A stretch of 53,801 bases of DNA from contig JAUCBJ010002606.1 of NCBI GenBank assembly GCA_032718475.1, positions 1-53,801 of the forward strand. Direction: 5' to 3'. A model generated the notes under the pieces. That model made no database searches and was not told the DNA's origin. It was given only the letters and a program-made list of their open reading frames with translations. Below, in pieces: positions 36,574-50,510 of the stretch. The position numbers were made by a program, and so were the translations under genes. This DNA is from Nemertoderma westbladi (taxonomy: Eukaryota; Animalia; Xenacoelomorpha). Each line of letters begins with the position of its first letter. Position 1 is the first letter of the stretch.

Positions 36574-38781
36574 CTACAATAGGAAAAGTCAATCGAAAGG
36601 ACATTATCGTAAGGACATTAGCACAAACACGATTATCTATCGTTACGTGACTTCTATGGCATTATCAGCCATTCCAAATAGAAATTAGGTTTGTCTCAAA
36701 AATTGATTCATCGCTTTTTACCTTTATCAAATAGCAGAAATCCATTGTTACCGCAGTTTCCCTTTTAGCTCAGATCCGTTCTCACGGGATTCCATTGTGA
36801 ATAAAAAGGCAGTGAAATGTCACAACCTTGAGAGCGAGTCTCCCGCTGACAGAGTAAACCATTGGACGTCCCGTTACCAACCGCTGCGGTGCACAAAGTG
36901 ATTCAATAAATATCATATTTGCAACAGAGACCATGGAGAGTCCATTATTCTCCATGCGCGATGTGACTACAGTTGCCTATCGCTGACGTACACACACATA
37001 CACGCACGTAGATTTACTATGGTATCTCGTAAAATATACGGCATTATTGACATTCAACTTTTAAATAATCTATGTATTGTAAATAAACAGTTCAAGATTA
37101 TATTATAAAAATAAGTACAAATATTTAATTAAAGTTTACAAAAAGTTTGCAAAAAATATAATATAATTAAAATAAATAGTACAGACGAGGGACATGTACT
37201 ATTACTATCACAACCAACTAACTATATTATATCGCGCGTCATCGGTATTGTACTATATTATTGTAAACATCATCGCATGTTACTATTCGCAACATATTGT
37301 GAAAGCTTTATCAATACATTGTGTTTCTTATTTGCCCTTAACCCACGCATATAATATTAATTGTTACTACAGTAGCACAGAACCCGCAACATATTGATGA
37401 GGTAGTTTAGTTCCCACATTACATCTGCTTCTTAGAATTAATTGTAGTACATAATAATTGATCACTGAAATGAGATTACTTGAAATTTCAAACAGAGATA
37501 GTTTCACCTCCCTCCACCTGAGTGGAATTATATTTCTCTTTCCGTATCGCTGTAGTTATTTTAATCAGCATTTCTGATGGGTCACTGTGTCAAAGAAGTT
37601 TGGCAAGTTACTAAATTACGACACTATTAGAGTTATTAGCACCAGGGAAGACAGGGGGCTGGCTCTTCCCCCAATTTAACTCTCCTATATGGGAAAATCG
37701 ACGCAAATATAACAGATGGAAACAAAATATGGTAAATATATGTTAACGGAGTCCTTAGCGAAAAAGCTAAAGTACAGAATTGTTCCAGAGACCTGCTAAA
37801 GTACAGCATTGTTCCAGAGACCTGCGCGTTTCTCGGAAATTATTATGAATATTAGATGAGTTTGATTTATCGCCGTAGCAACGCTGAACGTGATATCTAT
37901 TTCGCGACGTTGAACTTCGTTAAATGGGCCGGGCCGGGGATATAGTTACGATCAAGTCATACAGTGCAACGCTATATATAGTAGCCAGCGCACTCTAACG
38001 AGAAACATACATTCGTCCCAAAACTAAACTACGAATAAGAACAGACTGATTAACTGACTCATTAGCACCTCAATTCATATCTCCCGCTGCCCCTTTGCCA
38101 TTATCACTTATAACTCGCCTACAATTGTAAACCAGCAGGCAATCTGTTCATTTATTACAATGTTAGATAGTTAGATTAGTAGTTACTAATCGCCAAGTCG
38201 CCTCTGACGTACTCAGCTACGTATTTGATAGGATGTTTGTATTTCGCAGCTCAGCTCAACAATTCATCTCTTCGAATAAACGAGCTATTCATTTCAAAAC
38301 TTATGCCATAAATATGGGATTCGCGATTCAAATGGGCCCAGTTTTCCCATCTCAGTTCTGGGTCCTGCACGTCGGACGGTCGGTCGGTGTGTGTCACTGA
38401 TGGGATAGAGGGGTTATAGTTGATCGCTTATAGTGCCCAATAACCTAACCAAGAGACGTAAAATACCGGAACGTAGATAATAATAAAATACCTTTATTGA
38501 AGGGACATGGTGGGAAAGGGTTTTGAAAGATTTTTTGTTTCTTTATTTTTTTTGGCGGTTTATTCAAAATATGAAATTTTCTGAAAAAGATCCGTCCGAA
38601 TAAATCTATCCTACTTACCTAAAGAAGGCCTCTCTATTTGAGGCAGAAAGCTTATAACTATTTTTACTACGCAATTGTGTGGTGCGGGAGTTTTAACTCT
38701 CTTTCTAAAATACAGTTAAATAAAAATCAATACCTATTATATACAGGAAGAATTACATTTCGATGAATTTTTCAAACATGA

Positions 38782-38925
<144 letters not shown>

Positions 38926-39508
38926 TAAAGGTATTCAATTCACACGAAAGCAAATCAAAATCAAAATCGGTGCTCAACTCACTCTGACCAAAAAACGAAC
39001 TCAACAGTAAACACAGAAAAAAATATATTATACGACATACCGAATCAATTCTCCGATAAAACAGAGAAACACAATGAAGGCACACTCACTGCACACACCT
39101 AAGCTCATAAATTATTTGGTGTAAATTATAATATAATATATGCTGCGAGCAAAGATTGACAGAGGTTGGATCGAGTGCAGCAGGTGGCAGCGGTTGGGCA
39201 ATTAAACCGCTTATTGAATTAACCATGTGAGCCGTCGCCCGCTCAGCCTTTCAACCCTGACCACAAATAAATAATATAATATAACCTAACAAATTTGTAA
39301 GCTGAATTATTCGCTTATCAAATTCGAACTTCACTACGAAAAGCGGCTAATTGAGAAAACAAAACAAGTGCACTTTGGTTACTCCCTGAGAGAAACTTCA
39401 TTCGAATTGTAGATTAGGTAATCGAGTTGGATATAGGGACTACATGGTGTAGTGTAGGGGATCGGAATTCAAAGTAAATTACATAGAATTAATTAGAAAT
39501 CAACTAAC

Positions 39509-41013
39509 CCAACTCGATTTGTCGATGAGGGAACTCGCCCCTCCTGCTGAGGTAACGCACTTGTGGTGTTCCGGTGTCTGGGACTCGTTGTCATGGGTAC
39601 CGGTGCCTAGGGACAGCAGCTCTCCGGATGAGCCGCACGCCACCGCAGCCGCCGACGACAGACTCTGGTAGAAGTCGGCGCTGCGCGGGAAATTCAAACC
39701 GGGGTCCGACATCCTCGCCTTTATCAGATGCTTCCGGTACTCGCTGGGTGGCGCTGGGTCCACCGCGTCCTCCCCGCCTTGTGACGTCACCGTGATGACG
39801 GGTAGTTTTGAGGCGGACTGGATCCCCGGGATGGAACCGGTTTTGGGACGACCGCCGGCGGGAGTCGAGGCGGTTCGCATTACCGGTACCGCGGTAGAGT
39901 ACGGCGTAACTTCGTCGTCGTCCACTAAATGGCCGCATTTCTCGCAGATAAACACAACGTCCGGCGGTATTGGCGGATGCTGCTCCTGTTTCTTACTCTC
40001 CGGGTGGCACGAAGGCGGACCGAACTGTGACGTCATTATGACGTCACCAAACTCGTCACAGCTCTCATCAGAGGAAGAGGGTCGCGGCGACGGAGAAAGG
40101 GCTAGAGCGGCGCCGTCGAATGACCCCAAATGATTGTGGTAATTACTTTCACTTTCGTTGTAGATGCGATAAATTTCATCGAATGTGTGGTTTTTTAGCA
40201 GGTCGGCTGGATCTGCCTCTTTTGAGTTATTTGTATCCCACTCATTGGCCGAGTAATCTCTGAGGTCTCCAGTAGACGTATACTTGTGTCTCACGGCCCG
40301 TGTGTGAGTTTGAGTGTGAACCGAGTAGCATTGAATACCTGTTCCCGGCATCCTACATCCTATTGATATAGAGCCGGGTTTCGCAACTCCATTAGGCTCG
40401 ATTGGCCAATGAGACGCGTTTCCTTCCGTCCTGCAATCATCCCTCCCTTCCCTACTGAGTCGCCTGCGGGGTGACGGATCACCTAGGCCGCTCTCCCCGC
40501 CTAGGCAGTCATAGGAATGCCAACGAGCTATTCCATCCATGGATTCTTTCCTGTGGCCATCACCGCATTTATTCACGGTATTATTTGCGCCCGTCATGGA
40601 ATAATTCTTCTTTATAAACTTGGATCTTATCCATTCGGCACTTGTGTCCAAAAAGTTTACGGTTCTACTTCTCTGCTTTTTTGGCCGATTACGGTTTTTA
40701 TATTTATTTTTGTTTCTAAATATTTCCGTCGAAGGAGTTTGGGGGGCGGTTCGGGATATTTCCGAGGAGATTTCGTCGGAATCGGTAAGGCAACCGGAAT
40801 GCGACGCCGCCCGCCCGTGGGACCGGCTACGGTAGAAACGCAACGATTTCACGGCGCCACTCATCGTTCTTATTTCACCGCCATTACTTTCAGTTTCGTG
40901 ACGAGCGGAACCGGTCCATTGACTCAACTCAGACTCTGTCGCCAGTGACGTCATCCCGAAACAATCCGCCATATAGGATTCAAATACCTTCGCGTCGGTC
41001 AAATCATCCAAAG
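39509..41013 (-). CDS. Large (1505-bp) internal coding exon of an unidentified host gene; ~501 aa, Ser/Pro/Gly-rich, probably disordered
   Basis: 503-codon stop-free frame with GC well above the flanks, bounded by acceptor atttattttag|CT (41014/41013) and donor TGG|gttagt (39509/39508). No recognisable domain. Confidence 0.75.
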
Positions 41014-41448
41014 CTAAAATAAATGTTAAAAAAAAAACTGAATAATAACTTGATGGTGTTGATGCAAACTGAACAATTGCGAATGTGAAAGAAAATAGCT
41101 GATAGCATGGCGATAGAAGGCTGTCATTTGTTTTTTATATTGTATTATATATTATTTATATTTATCGGTAACAAACTTATAGTATGAAAATGATAAATTA
41201 CAAATCAAAATTATAAGTTGGTACGAATGAAACATTAGTGATGAAACCCGGAGTTGCATTCACCTTAATTATTACAGAAAGTATAAACAATATCCACTCA
41301 ATTCGTTCTCGTTTATATCGATTTAACTTTTAAATTACAATTACCAAATAATGGGGATAAATAATGGGGACACTAGAGGCGCCACTTTTCACGGTTCTCG
41401 TGGATCTCGCAGGTTACAAGAGTAGCGGATGAATATATCGGCGGATGT

Positions 41449-44400
41449 CATTACTAATGGCCCTGCGTGCCACCGCCGACATTACTAATGGCCCTGCGTG
41501 CCACCGCCGACATTACTAATGGCCCTGCGTGCCACCGCCGACATTACTAATGGCCCTGCGTGCCACCGCCGACATTACTAATGGCCCTGCGTGCCACCGC
41601 CGACATTACTAATGGCCCTGCGTGCCACCGCCGACATTACTAATGGCCCTGCGTGCCACCGCCGACATTACTAAAGGCCCTGCCTGCCACCGCCGACATT
41701 ACTAATGGCCCTGCGTGCCACCGCCGACATTACTAATGGCCCTGCGTGCCACCGCCGACATTACTAATGGCCCTGCGTGCCACCGCCGACATTACTAATG
41801 GCCCTGCGTGCCACCGCCGACATTACTAATGGCCCTGCGTGCCACCGCCGACATTACTAATGGCCCTGCGTGCCACCGCCGACATTACTAATGGCCCTGC
41901 GTGCCACGGCCGACATTACTAATGGCCCTGCGTGCCACCGCCGACATTACTAATGGCCCTGCGTGCCACCGCCGACATTACTAATGGCCCTGCGTGCCAC
42001 AGCCGACATTACTAATGGCCCTGCGTGCCACCGCCGACATTACTAATGGCCCTGCGTGCCACGGCCGACATTACTAATGGCCCTGCGTGCCACCGCCGAC
42101 ATTACTAATGGCCCTGTGTGACACCGCCGACATTACTAATGGCCCTGCGTGCCACGGCCGACATTACTAATGGCCCTGCGTGCCACCGCCGACATTACTA
42201 ATGGCCCTGCGTGCCACCGCCGACATTACTAATGGCCCTGCGTGCCACCGCCGACATTACTAATGGCCCTGCGTGCCACCGCCGACATTACTAATGGCCC
42301 TGCGTGCCACCGCCGACATTACTAATGGCCCTGCGTGCCACCGCCGACATTACTAAAGGCCCTGCCTGCCACCGCCGACATTACTAATGGCCCTGCGTGC
42401 CACCGCCGACATTACTAATGGCCCTGCGTGCCACCGCCGACATTACTAATGGCCCTGCGTGCCACCGCCGACATTACTAATGGCCCTGCGTGCCACCGCC
42501 GACATTACTAATGGCCCTGCGTGCCACCGCCGACATTACTAATGGCCCTGCGTGCCACCGCCGACATTACTAATGGCCCTGCGTGCCACGGCCGACATTA
42601 CTAATGGCCCTGCGTGCCACCGCCGACATTACTAATGGCCCTGCGTGCCACCGCCGACATTACTAATGGCCCTGCGTGCCACAGCCGACATTACTAATGG
42701 CCCTGCGTGCCACCGCCGACATTACTAATGGCCCTGCGTGCCACCGCCGACATTACTAATGGCCCTGCGTGCCACCGCCGACATTACTAATGGCCCTGCG
42801 TGCCACCGCCGACATTACTAATGGCCCTGCGTGCCACCGCCGACATTACTAAAGGCCCTGCCTGCCACCGCCGACATTACTAATGGCCCTGCGTGCCACC
42901 GCCGACATTACTAATGGCCCTGCGTGCCACCGCCGACATTACTAATGGCCCTGCGTGCCACCGCCGACATTACTAATGGCCCTGCGTGCCACCGCCGACA
43001 TTACTAATGGCCCTGCGTGCCACCGCCGAGAATACTAATGGCCCTGTGTGCCACCGCCGACATTACTAATGACCCTGCGTGCCACCGCCGACATTACTAA
43101 TGGCCCTGCGTGCCACCGCCGACATTACTAATGGCCCTGCGTGCCACCGCCGACATTACTAATGGCCCTGCGTGCCACGGCCAACATTACTAATGGCCCT
43201 GCGTGCCACCGCCGACATTACTAATGGCCCTGCGTGCCACCGCCGACATTACTAATGGCCCTGCGTGCCACCGCCGACATTACTAATGGCCCTGCATGCC
43301 ACGGCCGACATTACTAATGGCCCTGTGTGCCACCGCCGACATTACTAATGGCCCTGCGTGCCACCGCCGACATTACTAATGGCCCTGCGTGCCACCGCCG
43401 ACATTACTAATGGCCCTGCGTGCCACCGCCGTCATTACTAATGGCCCTGCATGCCACGGCCGACATTACTAATGGCCCTGCGTGCCACCGCCGTCATTAC
43501 TAATGGCCCTGCGTGCCACCGCCGACATTACTAATGGCCCTGTGTGCCACCGCCGACATTACTAATGGCCCTGCGTGCCACCACCGACATTACTAATGGC
43601 CCTGCGTGCCACCGCCGACATTACTAATGGCCCTGCGTGCCACCGCCGTCATTACTAATGGCCCTGCCTGCCACCGCCGACATTACTAATGGCCCTGCGT
43701 GCCACCGCCGACATTACTAATGGCCCTGCGTGCCACCGCCGACATTACTAATGACCCTGTGTGCCACCGCCGACATTACTAATGGCCCTGCGTGCCACCG
43801 CCGACATTACTAATGGCCCTGCGTGCCACCGCCGACATTACTAATGGCCCTGTGTGCCACGGCCGACATTACTAATGGCCCTGCGTGCCACCGCCGACAT
43901 TACTAATGGCCCTGCGTGCCACCGCCGACATTACTAATGGCCCTGCGTGCCACCGCCGACATTACTAATGGCCCTGCGTGCCACCGCCGACATTACTAAT
44001 GGCCCTGCGTGCCACCGCCGACATTACTAATGGCCCTGCGTGCCACCGCCGAGAATACTAATGGCCCTGCGTGCCACCGCCGTCATTACTAATGGCCCTG
44101 CCTGCCACCGCCGACATTACTAATGGCCCTGCGTGCCACCGCCGTCATTACTAATGGCCCTGCCTGCCACCGCCGACATTACTAATGGCCCTGCGTGCCA
44201 CCGCCGACATTACTAATGGCCCTGCGTGCCACCGCCGACATTACTAATGGCCCTGCGTGCCACCGCCGACATTACTAATGGCCCTGCGTGCCACCGCCGA
44301 CATTACTAATGGCCCTGCGTGCCACCGCCGACATTACTAATGGCCCTGCGTGCCACCGCCGACATTACTAATGGCCCTGTGTGCCACCGCCGACATTACT

Positions 44401-45108
44401 AATGGCCCTGCGTGCCACCGCCGACATTACTAATGGCCCTGCGTGCCACCGCCGACATTACTAATGGCCCTGCGTGCCACCGCCGACATTACTAATGGCC
44501 CTGTGTGCCACCGCCGACATTACTAATGGCCCTGCCTGCCACCGCCGACATTACTAATGGCCCTGCGTGCCACCGCCGACATTACTAATGGCCCTGCGTG
44601 CCACCGCCGACATTACTAATGGCCCTGCGTGCCACCGCCGACATTACTAATGGCCCTGCGTGCCACCGCCGACATTACTAATGGCCCTGCGTGCCACCGC
44701 CGACATTACTAATGGCCCTGCGTGCCACCGCCGACATTACTAATGGCCCTGCGTGCCACCGCCGACATTACTAATGGCCCTGCATGCCACCGCCGACATT
44801 ACTAATGGCCCTGCGTGCCACCGCCGACATTACTAATGGCCCTGCGTGCCACCGCCGACATTACTAATGGCCCTGCGTGCCACCGCCGACATTACTAATG
44901 GCCCTGCGTGCCACCGCCGACATTACTAATGGCCCTGCGTGCCACCGCCGTCATTACTAATGGCCCTGCCTGCCACCGCCGACATTACTAATGGCCCTGC
45001 GTGCCACCGCCAACATTACTAATGGCCCTGCGTGCCACCGCCAACATTACTAATGGCCCTGCCTGCCACCGCCGACATTACTAATGGCCCTGTGTGACAC
45101 CGCCGACA
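41449..45108. repeat. Minisatellite G, GC-rich 31-bp unit GACATTACTAATGGCCCTGCGTGCCACCGCC, ~118 copies
   Basis: Tandem periodicity with recurring variants (taaaggccctgcc, cacgg, gtcatt). Confidence 0.99.
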
Positions 45109-45319
45109 TATAGCAAAAACCCAATAACCGCCGTGACAATAGCAAAAAGTCTGAAATTCCACAAAATTTATTAGATTAGAGCCTCATGACTTAGGGTTAG
45201 GGTTGAATTACCGCTTTAATTATGGTTTGTTTTTTTGTGCCTTACCAGCAAACCCTAACCTAAAAAAACAAACCAATATCCCAGTCAGTCAGTACCTACA
45301 AAACACCCCAATGAATGGG

Positions 45320-45568
45320 AGAATCTTTTAGGCTCGTTAAGCCAAGGAATGCCTGTTCACCACCATGGGTGATCTTCCACAGTAAACTCTTCCACTCTGT
45401 TTCCCAAGTTGCCATTTATCCACCACTGAAGGATGAAAGCCGGGGTTGGGCTGGGCTGGGCTGCAGCATTTAAAGCACTGTGCCCAAATAGTGCTGCCCC
45501 CTCTAGGGATCGAACCAGGGCTCCCTAATTGGAAGCCCAGGAATGTCACCACTAGACCAAGCTGCTGC
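45320..45568 (-). mobile_element. tRNA-derived SINE
   Basis: Minus strand: A box TGGTCTAGTGG, anticodon-like loop CTTCCAA (Gly-TCC-like), B box GGTTCGATCCC, then body containing GGCTTTCATCCTTCAGTGGTGGATAAATG. The 3' boundary is approximate. Confidence 0.75.
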
Positions 45569-46220
45569 TTAACCCCAATAACCAAGCCATTTCAAGTAAG
45601 CCAAGTCAGCCAACTAAAATAAGTTGTTTGTTTTCCTTATAAAAGGTGGAGCCAGTAGTGTGAAAGAGCCGAAATAAGCAATCCGATATTTACTGAACTC
45701 TTAAATCGCCCTTTATTCAGTATATATATATATTAAAGAATCACGCCATGGTGTCGGCACAGTAAAATAACAAATTAAATATCATTAAATGCACAGCACT
45801 GTATTTTAAAACAGATTAGATTTAATGAAAATAAATAAATAAAGGTCGGAGTTTAAAACTAGGGGGTGGGGCAAGACAATGTTGCCCAGTGTCGAAGTGG
45901 CTCGTGGTTCGCGGTGCACTCAGTGAGATGATAAAGTGTGGCGGTATCCCCATACAGACGGCACCCTTTATTCAGTATGTATATAATTAAAGTACCAGTA
46001 CAAATAAATATATAGAAAACAAGTTGCTATAATGTTATACAACACAATCTATATTATATTTAAGCCAGTTGCACCACAGGAAAATTAAAAATATAAAGGC
46101 GAACGCAACAAATAATAATTGAATATCGATCTATGCGCTTCATCTTCACACTACCAATTTCCTATTTCCATTAAAAGAGAAGGAATAATATTTCATTTCT
46201 AGGTGATAAAACTGCAACTC

Positions 46221-47789
46221 TAATGGTCTTCGTGAGCTCTGTTCTGATTAATGGTCTATTTCGTGAGCTCTGTTCTGATTAATGGTCTATTTCGTGAGCT
46301 CTGTTCTGATTAATGGTCTATTTCGTGAGCTCTGTTCTGATTAATGGTCTATTTCGTGAGCTTTGTTCTGATTAATGGTCTATTTCGTGAGCTCTGTTCT
46401 GATGAGTTTAATAAAACTGCTACTCTAATGGTCTATTTCGTGAGCTCTGTTCTGATTAATGGTCTATTTCGTGAGCTCTGTTCTAATTAATGTTCTATTT
46501 CGTGTGCTCTGTTCTAATTAATGGTCTATTTCGTGAGCTCTGTTCTGATTAATGGTCTATTTCGAGAGCTCTGTTCTAATTAATGGTCTATTTCGTGAGA
46601 TCTGTTCTAATTAATGGTCTATTTCGTGAGATCTGTTCTAATTAATGGTCTATTTCGTGAGCTCTGTCCTGATTAATGGTCTATTTCGTGAGCTCTGTTC
46701 TGATTAATGGTCTATTTCGTGAGCTCTGTTCTGATTAATGGTCTATTTCGTGAGCTCTGTTCTGATTAATGGTCTATTTCGTGAGCTCTGTTCTGATTAA
46801 TGGTCTATTTCGTGAGCTCTGTTCTAATTAATGGTCTATTTCGTGAGATCTGTTCTAATTAATGGTCTATTTCGTGAGCTCTGTCCTGATTAATGGTCTA
46901 TTTCGTGAGCTCTGTTCTGATTAATGGTCTATTTCGTGAGCTCTGTTCTGATTAATGGTCTATTTCGTGAGCTCTGTTCTGATTAATGGTCTATTTCGTG
47001 AGTTCTGTCCTGATTAATGGTCTATTTCGTGAGCTCTGTTCTGATTAATGGTCTATTTCGTGAGCTCTGTTCTGATTAATGGTCTATTTCGTGAGCTCTG
47101 TTCTGATTAATGGTCTATTTCGTGAGCTCTGTTCTGATTAATGGTCTATTTCGAGAGCTCTGTTCTAATTAATGGTCTATTTCGTGAGATCTGTTCTAAT
47201 TAATGGTCTATTTCGTGAGATCTGTTCTAATTAATGGTCTATTTCGTGAGCTCTGTCCTGATTAATGGTCTATTTCGTGAGCTCTGTTCTGATTAATGGT
47301 CTATTTCGTGAGCTCTGTTCTGATTAATGGTCTATTTCGTGAGCTCTGTTCTGATTAATGGTCTATTTCGTGAGCTCTGTTCTGATTAATGGTCTATTTC
47401 GTGAGCTCTGTTCTGATTAATGGTCTATTTCGTGAGCTCTGTTCTGATTAATGGTCTATTTCGTGAGCTCTGTTCTAATTAATGGTCTATTTCGTGAGAT
47501 CTGTTCTAATTAATGGTCTATTTCGTGAGCTCTGTCCTGATTAATGGTCTATTTCGTGAGCTCTGTTCTGATTAATGGTCTATTTCGTGAGCTCTGTTCT
47601 GATTAATGGTCTATTTCGTGAGCTCTGTTCTGATTAATGGTCTATTTCGTGAGTTCTGTCCTGATTAATGGTCTATTTCGTGAGCTCTGTTCTGATTAAT
47701 GGTCTATTTCGTGAGCTCTGTTCTGATTAATGGTCTATTTCGTGAGCTCTGTTCTGATTAATGGTCTATTTCGTGAGCTCTGTTCTGAT
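46221..47789. repeat. Minisatellite H, 31-bp unit TAATGGTCTATTTCGTGAGCTCTGTTCTGAT, ~50 copies
   Basis: Tandem periodicity; interrupted at ~46404-46425; ~590-bp higher-order duplication (~46560 vs ~47150). Confidence 0.99.
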
Positions 47790-48300
47790 GAGTTTAAGTA
47801 GTTTAATTATTGGCCTTGGCAGGAATGCAAGCTGTGAATCGTGCGAACCCTATACTTCTGCCAGAATGTTGTTACCAAAATGAAAGGTAAATATTTATAC
47901 ACTAATTCGCACTTAATTAACTATCATACTAAAGTCGCACAATAAACAATAAACACGCACCACATGTATTATTGGTTGTGGTGTTGGTGTTACAAAATAA
48001 ACAATGGTGATTATGGGCACTACTAGTTTAAATTGTCATTGAACAATAACCTTTAGCGTTGCGTTCTAAATCACAACCTCCACCACTAAAATCGTAGAAA
48101 ATAAAATTCATCACTTTGTTCCTAAATTGTAAACTGCAAATTTTGTTCGACTCACAGCGAACCTTGTTCATATTATTACGAACACTGTTCCTGTTTTAGC
48201 AACTCGTCTGTTATAAATAAATCGCTAGCAAAACTATAATTGTTAACTTTGTTCCGTCCTAATAAAGCGAATTTTGTTTATTCCAAATACAGACATACAA

Positions 48301-50510
48301 GCAACAGGAACGAAGTTCATAATAATAGGAACAAAGTTCGCCCAAAAAGCAATAGGAACAAAGTTCGCCCAAAAAGCAATAGGAACAAAGTTCGCCCAAA
48401 AAGCAATAGGAACAAAGTTCGCCCAAAAAGCAATAGGAACAAAGTTCGCCCAAAAAGCAATAGGAACAAAGTTCGCAAAAATACAATAGGAACAAAGTTT
48501 GCAAAAATGCAATAGGAACAAAGTTCGCAAAAAAAGCAATAGGTAGAAAGTAAGAATAGGAACAAAGTTTGCAAAAATGCAAGAGGAAAAGAGTTCGCAA
48601 AAATGCAATATTAACAAAGTTCGCTAAAAAACCAATAGGTACAAAATTCGCAAAAAAAGCAATAGGAACAAAGTTCGCAAAAAAAGCAATAGGAACAAAG
48701 TTCGCAAAAATGCAATAGGAACAAAGTTCGCAAAAAAGCAATAGGAACAATGTTCGCAAAAATGCAATCGGAACAAAGTTCGCAAAAATTCAATAGGAAC
48801 AAAGTTCTCAAAAAAAGCAATAGGAACAAAGTTCGCAAAAATGCTATAGGAACAAAGTTCGCAAAAATTCAATAGGAACAAAGTTCTCAAAAAAAGCAAT
48901 AGGTAGAAAGTAAGAATAGGAACAAAGTTTGCAAAAATGCAAGAGGAAAAGAGTTCGCAAAAATGCAATATTAACAAAGTTCGCTAAAAAACCAATAGGT
49001 ACAAAATTCGCAAAAAAAGCAATAGGAACAAAGTTCGCAAAAAAAGCAATAGGAACAAAGTTCGCAAAAATGCAATAGGAACAAAGTTCGCAAAAAAGCA
49101 ATAGGAACAATGTTCGCAAAAATGCAATCGGAACAAAGTTCGCAAAAATTCAATAGGAACAAAGTTCTCAAAAAAAGCAATAGGAACAAAGTTCGCAAAA
49201 ATGCAATAGGAACAAAGTTCGCAAAAAAGCAATAGGAACAAAGTTCGCAAAAAAAGCAATAGGAACAAAGTTCGCAAAAAAAGCAATAGGTACAAAGTTC
49301 GCAAAAAAAGCAATAGGAACAAAGTTCTCAAAAAAAGCAAATAGGAACAAAGTTCACAAAAATGCAATAGGAACAAAGTTTGCAAAAAAAAAAGCAATAG
49401 GTACAAAATTCGCAAAAAAAGCAATAGGAACAAAGTTCGCAAAAAAAGCAATAGGAACAAAGTTCTCAAAAAAAGCAAATAGGAACAAAGTTCACAAAAA
49501 TGCAATAGGAACAAAGTTTGCAAAAAAAAAAGCAATAGGTACAAAATTCGCAAAAAAAGCAATAGGAACAAAGTTCGCAAAAATGCAATAGGAACAAAGT
49601 TCGCAAAAAAAGCAATAGGAACAAAGTTCGCAAAAAAAGCAATAGGTACAAAGTTCGCAAAAAAAGCAATAGGAACAAAGTTCGCAAAAATGCAATAGGA
49701 ACAAAGTTCGCAAAAAAAGCAATAGGAACAAAGTTCGCAAAAAAAGCAATAGGTACAAAGTTCGCAAAAAAAGCAATAGGAACAAAGTTCTCAAAAAAAG
49801 CAAATAGGAACAAAGTTCACAAAAATGCAATAGGAACAAAGTTTGCAAAAAAAAAAGCAATAGGTACAAAATTCGCAAAAAAAGCAATAGGAACAAAGTT
49901 CGCAAAAAAAGCAATAGGAACAAAGTTCTCAAAAAAAGCAAATAGGAACAAAGTTCACAAAAATGCAATAGGAACAAAGTTTGCAAAAAAAAAGCAATAG
50001 GTACAAAATTCGCAAAAAAAGCAATAGGAACAAAGTTCGCAAAAATGCAATAGGAACAAAGTTCGCAAAAAAAGCAATAGGAACAAAGTTCGCAAAAAAA
50101 GCAATAGGTACAAAGTTCGCAAAAAAAGCAATAGGAACAAAGTTCTCAAAAAAAGCAAATAGGAACAAAGTTCACAAAAATGCAATAGGAACAAAGTTTG
50201 CAAAAAAAAAGCAATAGGTACAAAGTTCGCAAAAAAAGCAATAGGAACAAAGTTCTCAAAAAAAGCAATAGGAACAAAGTTCTCAAAAAAAGCAATAGTA
50301 ACAAAGTTCGCAAAAAAAGCAATAGGTTGAAAGTAAGAATAGGAACAAAGTTTGCAAAAAAAGCAATAGGTAGAAAGTAAGAATAGGAACAAAGTTTGCA
50401 AAAATGCAACAGGAAAAACGTTCGCAAAAAAACAATAGGAACAAAGTTCGCAAAAAAACAAAATGATAATGAACAAAGTTCTCAAAAACAGCTATAAGAA
50501 CAAAGTTCGA
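48301..50510. repeat. Minisatellite I, ~27-30-bp unit GCAATAGGAACAAAGTTCGCAAAAAA with higher-order repeats
   Basis: Tandem periodicity; 360-bp block duplication (48541 vs 48901); inverted unit copies at 48113-48285. Confidence 0.98.

Noticed and set aside
45191-45204. Telomeric TTAGGG repeat
   Set aside because: Only ~2 units, interstitial.
45491-45568. Functional tRNA-Gly gene
   Set aside because: Acceptor and anticodon stems pair imperfectly, no Pol III T-run follows, and it continues into a SINE-like body.
46395-46440. Hammerhead ribozyme suggested by CTGATGAG
   Set aside because: No stem II followed by GAAA on the same strand; the core is incomplete. No hammerhead core was seen in the LTRs either, so this is not a retrozyme.
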